A stretch of 64,000 nucleotides of DNA, from the NCBI GenBank assembly GCA_977020255.1, contig CDROCS010005562.1, forward strand, positions 1 to 64,000, written 5' to 3'. Of this stretch, positions 1 to 7,856 are shown in pieces. Source of the DNA: Obrimoposthia wandeli (taxonomy: Eukaryota). How positions within the stretch are numbered: position 1 is the stretch's first letter; each line of letters starts with the position of its first letter. The notes under the pieces were generated by a model that saw only the letters and a program-made list of their open reading frames with translations, was not told the DNA's origin and searched no databases. Position numbers and translations under genes: made by a program.

Positions 1-315
1 CGCGGTACCGAGAATAATCGTTAACGGTAGGCCAATAAACAGTAAACGTGCAGGTATCTGCCATGAACGTCGGAGTAATTTCAGATCGAGTAAGGCTGCA
101 TCACTAAACAAACTAGCATTAGTGCTATTTCACCAGCACAGCATAAATTAGCGCCAACTCAATGGCGGGTATGTTTGAATCAAACGGTGATATCAGCTGT
201 GTTCGTAATACAAATACCATGGAACGGGATAATAGAGTCATAATGGGCGAGCTGGAAATGGCTGCCAAAACAAAACGATTAAGGCAATAATTAAAATAAC
301 GACGTGTTCGTCCAT
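1..315 (-). pseudogene. NhaP/CPA1-type cation:proton antiporter, 5' part, frameshifted; runs off window start
   Basis: The minus strand reads MDEHVVILIIALIVLF from ATG 315, then EIALMLV in one frame and LFSDAALLDLKLLRRSWQIPARLLFIGLPLTIILGTA in another. This resembles the CPA1 E-x-x-L-x-L-V-L-F-x-D-A motif and needs several indels to join. Confidence 0.65.
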
Positions 316-330
316 GACTAAAACTCCGGC

Positions 331-676
331 CTACAGTGAATTGATTTCTTTTACCATCGCAATCAGTTGCGGATGAGTTTTAGCGTTTATCTTTGCAGAG
401 CAGCAATAATTTTCAATGACCGCATGTTTACGCACTAACTCGACAAATTCGGGTACTGATATCTGGGTATCTAAAGCCACAAACGCGGCAGTATTTACAG
501 CTGATACATAGTAGTTGTAGAATCCAAGGCTCCACTCAGGAACACATTAATCGGTCATCTACTCTGAAAAAATGCGATTGGCATAAATCGGGGTCATTCA
601 ACCAATCACTTAACGAGGCAATGTAGATGAGTTCATCTTCACCTTGATATTTAATCACTGCGGGCCATTTTATCAT
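331..676 (-). pseudogene. DUF4144-like small protein, frameshifted
   Basis: N-terminus MIKWPAVIKYQGEDELIYIASLSDWLNDPDL and C-terminus SVPEFVELVRKHAVIENYCCSAKINAKTHPQLIAMVKEINSL* lie in different frames. The 346-nt span is not a multiple of 3. Confidence 0.55.
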
Positions 677-906
677 TGAAGTATCCTATCGAATGTAGTT
701 TATATCGCTCACTGTAACACCTTGTTATTGTTATTTCATTTATCAACTTCAATCACTTAAATTTTACAGTTAGTGATTATTCACTTAGGTCTTATCTTTT
801 ATCATATTTAATAGGACGAACAGCGCAAACGCTGATTTTTTTCAATACCTCATATAATGAAACCATGGGATGACTGTTCCCATATTGATGTTAAAAGCCA
901 ACTTTA

Positions 907-1509
907 TTGCATCATGGATATTTTATTTACCATGAGCATGGTTATGCTGTCATCGAAGATGCCTTTCCAGAAGGTGTTATTGAACGTTTACTGACTGATT
1001 GCCTTGAAAACCAGCCAGACTTTAAAGCCGCAGGCATTGGCCGTCGCCAAGACTCACAACTAAATGAACAAATACGTAAAGATAAGACTCTATGGTTAAC
1101 GGGTGCAAGTACGGCACAAGCTGACTTTATGGCACTAGCAGATGAATTGAGATTAGAAGTTAATCGCAACTTTTTCTTAGGTTTATTCGATTATGAATGT
1201 CATTACGCAAAATATGAAGTGGGTGATTTTTATAAAAAGCACCTTGATGCCTTTAAAGGTAAATCAAACCGTGTATTTACCACTGTCTGTTATCTCAATA
1301 CACCCGATGTCGGTGGTGAACTGCTTGTCTATGCTCAAGACTCAGATGATGTGATCGCACGTGTCGCACCAAAAGCAGGTACCTTGGTAGTATTTGAAAG
1401 TGAGCGCTTCCCCCATGAAGTACTTGCTGCTGGATCTGAACGTTACTCAATTGCAGGCTGGTTTAGAACGAACAACTCGATTGCTGGTACGCTTGACCCA
1501 ACGTTATAA
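907..1509 (+). CDS. 2OG-Fe(II) oxygenase (SM-20/prolyl hydroxylase-like)
   Basis: HLD..., PHEV and RYSIAGW motifs give the HxD...H...R arrangement. The start is uncertain: the track uses a TTG and there is an out-of-frame ATG at 888. Confidence 0.85.
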   Translation: MHHGYFIYHEHGYAVIEDAFPEGVIERLLTDCLENQPDFKAAGIGRRQDSQLNEQIRKDKTLWLTGASTAQADFMALADELRLEVNRNFFLGLFDYECHYAKYEVGDFYKKHLDAFKGKSNRVFTTVCYLNTPDVGGELLVYAQDSDDVIARVAPKAGTLVVFESERFPHEVLAAGSERYSIAGWFRTNNSIAGTLDPTL

Positions 1510-1516
1510 AAACAAC

Positions 1517-1548
1517 AAGGCCGAGTGATATTGTAATCACTCGGCCTT
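1517..1548. terminator. Bidirectional intrinsic terminator
   Basis: Perfect 13-bp stem AAGGCCGAGTGAT-attgta-ATCACTCGGCCTT between convergent genes. Confidence 0.8.
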
Positions 1549-1609
1549 TCAATTTATCTACTTACCTATTGACCTATTTACAAGACTGACAGCCCATAAA
1601 CAAGGTCGC

Positions 1610-1984
1610 TTAGCGTTCGCCTTGCACTTCAAAATCATCTGCTGCTAACAATGCACTGCCATCAGCTTGAATACGCCATTGTTCGTGATGCACTGCGCCG
1701 AAGGCTTTGTTCATTGTCCATTTAGCTGTTAATACATAGCTATCATCATTCATTGCCACCCATTCAACATCAGTGTAATCAACGTCGCTAAAACCTTGAT
1801 CAATGATACCTTGCCAAAATATTTGGATCTCTTCACGACCAGTGAATGTGCCAAACGGACGCGCGTGCATCACAGTGCCTTCTTCATATTGCGCGGCACA
1901 ACCTGCTGCATCTTGGTTATTAAAAGCTGTCTGCCATGCTGCGATTGCTGTTTTACATGCTGATAAGATTTGAGCTTGTGTCAT
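1610..1984 (-). CDS. SnoaL/NTF2-like fold protein
   Basis: WQTAFNNQDAAGCAAQY...GREEIQIFWQ pattern; GGAG RBS before ATG 1984. Confidence 0.7.
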   Translation of the reverse strand: MTQAQILSACKTAIAAWQTAFNNQDAAGCAAQYEEGTVMHARPFGTFTGREEIQIFWQGIIDQGFSDVDYTDVEWVAMNDDSYVLTAKWTMNKAFGAVHHEQWRIQADGSALLAADDFEVQGER

Positions 1985-2215
1985 GTTCTTTCTCCGATGA
2001 AATGTCTGGCTGTTATATGAGTACACGTTTGTTATATGCCTAACTGACTATATAAGTGTATGGCGTTACTTTAGCGTTATAATTAACAAACAAAAACAGA
2101 CTAATTAGAAAACACTGTTAAGATAAACAGAACAATGGCTATAATTAATAATTAATAATTAACAGCCAACAGCCAACAGCCAACAGCGCCAGATGACATT
2201 AGGTAAGCATAAACC

Positions 2216-3145
2216 ATGAGTAAATTGAAACAGATGACGGTATTCATGTATGTCGTCAAACTCGGTTCGATAACCAAAGCAGCAGAAAAACTCGACGTAT
2301 CTAAGTCGGTTGTCAGTCAGCACCTAAAACAGCTAGAATCAGAGCTTGCAGTTACCCTACTGAAACGTACTACCCGTAAACAAAGCCTGACTTCTGCAGG
2401 TGAGCATTTTTATCAACAATGTTGCACCATGCATGAACTGGCAGAGCAAGCTTGGCAAGATGCACTGCAATTACAGCTAGCACCGCAAGGGTTAATCAAG
2501 ATAACCGCACCGCATGCGTTGATGGATCATCTGGTTTTACCCGCATTACACGAGGTATTTCATGCTTACCCAGACGTGGAACTGGAATTGATTAGTCATG
2601 ATGGTCGGTCGGATTTAATGCAAGAAGGCATTGATATAGCGATACGCGTTGGCGAGTCAAAGATAAGTAATCTTAAACAAAAGCGCATTGGTGATTTTAG
2701 AGATGTGCTTTGTGGCTCAGTACAAACAGTTAAAGCCTGCCAGAGTGATATTGAAGCATTAAAAGTAGAAAATATCCGATACGTCGCGAATCACTGGCAA
2801 GAAAAGTCGATTCATCACCGCTTTAGTCCTAAGAACAGTCGCAGTGATAAAAGTGGCTCTAATAAAAACCTGGCTGATAAAAAGGGCACGCCACGCTTTG
2901 AACTTAACTTTAAAACCCATCATAAGGCTAATACCCTGCCCACTTGTCTGAGTATGTTAGAGCAAGGTTTCGGTGTGGGGATTATTCCAGACTTTATCTT
3001 TGCTAAGCATAACCAAACCTTGGCAGAGTTATTACCAGAGCATCAACTCGACAAGGTCAATGTCTATGCATTACATGCTTATCAAGCTGCAGTGCCGATT
3101 GGCGTGACGATGGCGATAGAGGCTATTGCTAAGCGACTTGGCTAG
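2216..3145 (+). CDS. LysR family transcriptional regulator
   Basis: HTH GSITKAAEKLDVSKSVVSQHLKQLE...LLKRTTR; substrate domain with DIAIRVG. Confidence 0.92.
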   Translation: MSKLKQMTVFMYVVKLGSITKAAEKLDVSKSVVSQHLKQLESELAVTLLKRTTRKQSLTSAGEHFYQQCCTMHELAEQAWQDALQLQLAPQGLIKITAPHALMDHLVLPALHEVFHAYPDVELELISHDGRSDLMQEGIDIAIRVGESKISNLKQKRIGDFRDVLCGSVQTVKACQSDIEALKVENIRYVANHWQEKSIHHRFSPKNSRSDKSGSNKNLADKKGTPRFELNFKTHHKANTLPTCLSMLEQGFGVGIIPDFIFAKHNQTLAELLPEHQLDKVNVYALHAYQAAVPIGVTMAIEAIAKRLG

Positions 3146-3182
3146 CTATTCGCAAATGACCCATAGCTCGTTATTACAGGTA

Positions 3183-3392
3183 TTACTTAGATTGGGCTTT
3201 TTGGCGTAGTTCTGTCACGACTTCGCCACCGATACCCCAGTTGTCGGTATTCACTTCATCGATAACAACAACGGTGGTTTTCGGATTCTTCCCTAATACA
3301 TCCACCAGCAATTGCGTTGCCCCTGCGATTAACTGGGCTTTTTGCTCTTTCGTGACTTGTTCATCAGTGATTTTAATATTGATATACGGCAT
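3183..3392 (-). CDS. 4-oxalocrotonate tautomerase family protein
   Basis: Starts M-P-YINIKI (catalytic Pro1) and contains VVVIDEVNTDNWGIGG. Confidence 0.9.
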   Translation of the reverse strand: MPYINIKITDEQVTKEQKAQLIAGATQLLVDVLGKNPKTTVVVIDEVNTDNWGIGGEVVTELRQKAQSK

Positions 3393-3504
3393 AGTTTTAA
3401 CATCCTGCATTCCATTACATAAGATGGTTCTACCTTACCATATCGTTTGGGTTATTGCTGTTAACTAGTTTTTAGGTAGCGCTAAAATTCTAAGCCAGAA
3501 CTGG

Positions 3505-3568
3505 ACATAACCGCGTTAGAGCGATAACTCCAACAATGCTTATTAGCATTAGGAAAAGTATCGCTAAC
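3505..3568 (-). repeat. Degenerate/truncated attC-like hairpin
   Basis: Imperfect inverted repeat GTTAGCGATAC...GTTATCGCTCTAAC followed by GCG-GTTATGT (R'-like), directly abutting attC1. No R'' box. Confidence 0.4.
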
Positions 3569-3572
3569 TTGA

Positions 3573-3669
3573 GATTAACGCCCTGTTAACAGGAAAAATA
3601 GTTGGTTAAAATTAGCGACGAAGGAGCAAAACCAACTGTTTTTTGTCCTTGTTTAACAGCTTGTTAGCT
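3573..3669 (-). repeat. Integron attC site 1 (97 bp)
   Basis: Minus strand: R'' AGCTAAC, 5-nt spacer, L'' GTTAAACA (one extrahelical base versus L'), paired centre AGG..AGTTGGTT/AACCAACT..CCT, L' TGTTAAC, 5-nt spacer, R' GTTAATC. Confidence 0.88.
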
Positions 3670-3964
3670 TAATATTTAATAATCTAGATCACCACGGTAT
3701 CTTTCAATTATTTTATGACCACAGTTTGTACATATTAAATGCAAATCTCTTAGCTCCATAAACCCAGCAGTGCCTCCAGCACCCCAGCCAGCAACAAGTG
3801 CAGATATAAACTCTTTGACCTTTGCCTTTCTTCCCATATTGGAATTATTCTGAGGCTTTACTATAACCCCAATATGATCGACCTCTTCATTACATTCTTT
3901 GCAAAAACGTTTTTCAGGTTCCATGTTATTCTGCTCCAGAATCAATTTTACGGATTTAAGCTAA
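3579..3964 (-). mobile_element. Integron gene cassette (386 bp) carrying a Zn-ribbon ORF
   Basis: Begins G/TTAGCT and its own attC begins with the exact complement AGCTAAC. One ORF with an RBS fills the cassette. Confidence 0.85.
3676..3924 (-). CDS. Cassette-borne small Zn-ribbon hypothetical protein (82 aa)
   Basis: MEPEKRFCKEC...LICTNCGH gives two CxxC pairs flanking a Gly-rich helix. GGAG RBS upstream; stop 6 nt before R''. Confidence 0.75.
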   Translation of the reverse strand: MEPEKRFCKECNEEVDHIGVIVKPQNNSNMGRKAKVKEFISALVAGWGAGGTAGFMELRDLHLICTNCGHKIIERYRGDLDY

Positions 3965-4065
3965 CGCCGCAATAACACGTGCGAACGCCTTAATGACCAA
4001 ACCAATTATACTTTAAACCAAAAACGCTGAGTGTAATAAGCATCGTGTTGATTGCTTTGTTATAC
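3959..4065 (-). repeat. Integron attC site 2 (107 bp)
   Basis: Minus strand: R'' GTATAAC, spacer AAAGC, L'' AATCAACA (extrahelical C), variable centre, L' TGTTATT, spacer GCGGC, R' GTTAGCT. Same TAACAA...GGCGTTAG polarity as Vibrio-type attCs. Confidence 0.85.
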
Positions 4066-4440
4066 CCGAACTAAACTGTCCCTAGAGAAGTAATTACAAC
4101 ATATTCTGTTAATTAACTGTTCCATGAAAGTCAGACTCAAAATCATGACCTGAAACCATTTTATTGGTTTTATCTGCAGCAGGATCTTGTGACCAATTAC
4201 GACTTTGGCTATTACTACCCTCCCAGTTAAGCTTTTAGGCTAACTCCCCATCTCAAGTATATTGGATGAATGATGTAGAAAAATAGGAAAGCGCTCCATC
4301 AAACTTGTTAGCAGTTACAATAAGCTGATTTATAAAACCTATCTGTGTTAGTTGAAAATCGTAACGTATTGAGAAAGAACAAACACAGTTAAAGCTGCTA
4401 ATAGATTAGTAATAACAACCACTTTAAACAGATTTAGCAT
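4060..4440 (-). pseudogene. Decayed cassette ORF (membrane protein remnant)
   Basis: RBS AAGGAAGG and ATG 4440 give hydrophobic MLNLFKVVVITNLLAALTVFVLSQY; later WEGSNSQSRNWSQDPAADKTNKMVSGHDFESDF in another frame. A TAA lies inside the R'' box of attC2. Confidence 0.5.
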
Positions 4441-4928
4441 AGGTTTCCTTCCTTAACAGGCCTCTCGATCTCCCAAATTCATTAACCTCAATAAAAGTAG
4501 ATTAATCAATTGAAAAATAAGATTATACTTCAAATTTATTAATTACATGTTTATGGGAAAACGAGCCGTCCTGTAAATTATTTATTTAGTCTTATAAGTT
4601 ATATACAAGGCTAGCTATGGGACGCGTCGATATACTTTGATTGGACATTAATTAGGCTACAAAATAAACCTGACTCGCCTTTCTTTAAAAGTTGAGACTG
4701 TGTTCACTGAGCAATAAAATAAATAACACAGCTGGGGCAAATCAGCCCATCAACTCTTTTTTTTCTATTATGTTATTCTTATACTTAGTTGGTAAATTTT
4801 GCATGATAAAATGTATGGTAAATTGATATGTACATATTGTGAGTGAGTTAAAGCTCTAACACAGTTTGGGGCTAGAATTTGTCAGAATCGCGGTTAATTG
4901 GCCCCCTACAAAATAGGGTTCCTTTCGA

Positions 4929-5110
4929 CTAACAATCAGTACCTTCTGAAAGTAACAATGCGTCTTCTAATTCAACGCCAAGGTAGCGGATCGTGTTTCT
5001 ACCTTTGTATGTCCCAGTAAAAGCTGCACCGCTCGAATATTTTTCGTTTTTGCATGACTAATGTCGCTTTGGTTCGCCTCATCGAGTGAGTACTGTAGTT
5101 GGAAGGCGAT
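4929..5110 (-). pseudogene. Tyrosine recombinase (phage integrase family) C-terminal remnant
   Basis: Two frameshifts join NYSTHSMRRTKATLV / KNIRAVQLLLGHTKVE / TIRYLGVELEDALLLSEGTDC*. This is catalytic box II (H-x-x-R, LLGH, Y). Confidence 0.82.
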
Positions 5111-5232
5111 GAACAAAGACGTGTTTCAAGTTGACCTAATGAATGTCCGGAAATAACTTTAGCAACTAAATCTCTACTACATTCTCCCCTAATAGTGATA
5201 AAATCTCCGCACCAAAATAACCGAGAAACTCT

Positions 5233-5571
5233 ATGTTAATCCATCATGTTAACGGCATCGACTGGCTGGTGATTACAGCTTTTGAAGAACTGAAAACTAT
5301 ATTTATCGAAGAAGCCGGTGCGATCACCTTTTGCTTCTCTACCGCCAGCGAATTGAACCTGATTGATCAAGCCAAGCGCACTTATGGATATTTGCCTACA
5401 CTCAGGGGCGTAATTACCGATACCGGCACTTTTCAAAGCCAGGATAACGAAGAAGATTTGAACCCACAGCTTGCCTGCCTAGTTGAAGGGCGTGGTCGGG
5501 TATTTATCTATCACGGCGGCTTTGTGGCTTTTGTGGATGACGAGCAAACCTTTATTACCCGAATGGACTGA
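5233..5571 (+). CDS. Hypothetical protein (112 aa)
   Basis: Intact ORF of plausible composition next to the recombinase remnant; no motif recognised. Confidence 0.65.
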   Translation: MLIHHVNGIDWLVITAFEELKTIFIEEAGAITFCFSTASELNLIDQAKRTYGYLPTLRGVITDTGTFQSQDNEEDLNPQLACLVEGRGRVFIYHGGFVAFVDDEQTFITRMD

Positions 5572-5653
5572 AAATTATTCAGTCATTTGAAATCGGCGAA
5601 TTGCAAGGCCTGACCGTATTCGCTGTATTACCTCTATTTAGCACGTATTGATG

Positions 5654-6148
5654 TTAGTTCATTTTTGATACTGCGTGCTGCTCTACCATGAACGCAATCA
5701 CTTCATCACTTAAGCAAGATTTACTGACGTATTGGCGCTGCTTTCCCATATGAAGGATAAGCCCTAAATCGGTTTGTTGAAGTTGGTCGATTTCAGTCCA
5801 TGCGATATTGCGAGTGTTTTTACCGTTTTTATAACTCACACCGTTAGCGTCACCCTGAAATACCACTTTGCTGCCTGAGTTCAAGCTGAACTTTTGTCGG
5901 CATAACCACCAGCTTCTCTTAAAATAAATACTGAACGCCTCAATGATACTCAAAGTAATAAAGAACCAACCAACGTAACCGCTGGGTAATAGCTCAAACT
6001 TCACTAAAACCACACCAAAAATAAGAAAAAGTATTCCTTTTAAATAGGCTTTTGGAAATTTAGCAGGACTGTTAGTTTGACCATAACACTCAGCAAAAAA
6101 GGGCTTGTCGAGGGTGTATTCTGTGGTGAAATCAAAATCTTTAGACAT
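5654..6148 (-). CDS. YcxB-like family membrane protein
   Basis: Two TM helices followed by a small soluble domain (IAWTEIDQLQQTDLGLILH...YVSKSCL). Confidence 0.7.
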   Translation of the reverse strand: MSKDFDFTTEYTLDKPFFAECYGQTNSPAKFPKAYLKGILFLIFGVVLVKFELLPSGYVGWFFITLSIIEAFSIYFKRSWWLCRQKFSLNSGSKVVFQGDANGVSYKNGKNTRNIAWTEIDQLQQTDLGLILHMGKQRQYVSKSCLSDEVIAFMVEQHAVSKMN

Positions 6149-6213
6149 ATGTGACTACTTTGAAGTTTTCTGTGAATGAGTATCCATGCTGCGATCTTGC
6201 AACTCGAGTATTG

Positions 6214-6479
6214 TATACCCATGACCATTCAAAATGCAAAAATCAGCAAGTCGAGAGGTGACCAGATTCAAGGCATGAAGTTGATGATCTAGTTATTCTA
6301 AATCAAGACTTCATAACACCGAAGATGGTTGCCTCTCGCCTTGCCCTGCGGGAGACCAGCTTGAAAACCAGCACTGCGTTGCCATATTTGAAAAGGGAAT
6401 AACCATTCTCTGCATATTGCGCCTTATTCTGGTGTTCAAGCTGGCCTCTGAATTAGCATTTTGAATGGCCATGGGTATA
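6214..6479. mobile_element. MITE (ERIC-like TATACCC termini), 266 bp
   Basis: 24-bp terminal inverted repeats with 1 mismatch (TATACCCATGACCATTCAAAATGC / GCATTTTGAATGGCCATGGGTATA), TA at both ends, two nested internal hairpins, no transposase. Confidence 0.8.
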
Positions 6480-6533
6480 TAACTTTTGGTGCTTTTCTTT
6501 AGCTGTTTTGATCCTCTTTTGTAAATCTAAGAC

Positions 6534-6734
6534 TTAGCTAACTTTATTGCCCATCTTAGAATATCCAAATACTAAATGAAGCGCTTCGGCCTGACTTTTA
6601 CCTTCAGACATTAATCGTGTGATGTCTTCAACGATATTTTCTTGAACAGCTAGCGGAGGTGGTGTTTCTATCTCCATATTCATAATATCGTCGATGCTAA
6701 TTTCCATTTTATTCCTTGTCATTGATTTGTTCAT
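6534..6734 (-). CDS. Small hypothetical protein, weakly YoaH/UPF0181-like
   Basis: VEDITRLMSEGKSQAEALHLV resembles the UPF0181 helix pattern. Start uncertain. Confidence 0.45.
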   Translation of the reverse strand: MNKSMTRNKMEISIDDIMNMEIETPPPLAVQENIVEDITRLMSEGKSQAEALHLVFGYSKMGNKVS

Positions 6735-6792
6735 GTTATTAAATAGCCGACTCAGTTTAACATGTTAGCTATATTAAAATTCAGTCTATCCC

Positions 6793-7683
6793 CTACCCAC
6801 GATTAAAATACTGCGTATTCGCAAACCAAACACCAATACTCACCGCTATCATGGCAATGATAAGACTTAGCTTAACAGGTTCATCAAACACAAATAGCGC
6901 GCTGATACCAGCAATAACGGGCACCATTGCCATCATAGTACCCATGTTCGCGGCACCAATAACCTGTACGGCGCGCACGTACAACAGCATTTGCACTATT
7001 GTCGCCATGAATCCTTGGTAGAAGCTTTGCAGTAAAATATCGCGCCACAACCCTGTATTAATTAATTCAAGGCTAATGTTACTCGGTAGAAACAGTAAGT
7101 AGATAGGCATGTAAATGGTGCAGGTGATGATGGCTAAACTCGCGGTCGCTTGCCACGGCGTGACCTGCCAGCGGCTTAATAACACTGAAAATATACCCCA
7201 ACAAAACGCGGCACCAGTCAGGCTTAAATGGCCAATCGATAACGTCCCTTGGGCGAGGAATTCTTGTAAAAACAGCACAACAATACCCAATGTGATGATG
7301 CCAACGCCCAGCCATTTAGTCCACGGGTGACCTTGTTTATTTATCACCACAGACAAGACAATAATCATCACCGGGATCAAGCCTGGTAGCAAGACTGCAG
7401 ACTGTGAACCAGGGGTCGTTTCAAATCCTTGAAAGGCAAATAACGCATAACCTAAGCCGCCAAATAAGCTGCAGATAATAAACTTCGGTTGCCATAATTT
7501 GAACCGGAATTTAAACAACCAAAAAGGTAACACTAAAGCCGCACACGTGGCATAACGAATAGCAATGACATCATAAGACAACAAAGGGCTGATCCCGCCC
7601 ATGCGTGACACTAATATAAATCCCGACCAGATCAGTACTGCGCCAAATGCAGCTAAATATCCCAGTCGTGTTGAATCGTCCAT
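6793..7683 (-). CDS. DMT/EamA family transporter
   Basis: 10 hydrophobic segments in two EamA repeats. Confidence 0.88.
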   Translation of the reverse strand: MDDSTRLGYLAAFGAVLIWSGFILVSRMGGISPLLSYDVIAIRYATCAALVLPFWLFKFRFKLWQPKFIICSLFGGLGYALFAFQGFETTPGSQSAVLLPGLIPVMIIVLSVVINKQGHPWTKWLGVGIITLGIVVLFLQEFLAQGTLSIGHLSLTGAAFCWGIFSVLLSRWQVTPWQATASLAIITCTIYMPIYLLFLPSNISLELINTGLWRDILLQSFYQGFMATIVQMLLYVRAVQVIGAANMGTMMAMVPVIAGISALFVFDEPVKLSLIIAMIAVSIGVWFANTQYFNRG

Positions 7684-7856
7684 AATTTCTCTCTCGGTAA
7701 GCTTGTGCTCAGCTGTATAAAAGCAACGAGCGTATATTAATATTAAATTTCAGTTGTTTATAGCATCCGACCAGCGGCTTAAACAATGATATATTATTTT
7801 ATTGCTTTATACTCCGGTGAAATACTCTGTTATTCGTACATCAACAAGGACAATCC

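Noticed and set aside
4850-4935. Possible further attC (AATTAAC...GTTAGAG on the minus strand)
   Set aside because: Core-like ends are present, but the L boxes and centre do not pair into a hairpin.
4929-5110. Calling the recombinase remnant intI
   Set aside because: The motifs around box II fit small stand-alone tyrosine recombinases, no IntI-specific patch is visible, and the orientation is co-directional with the cassettes.
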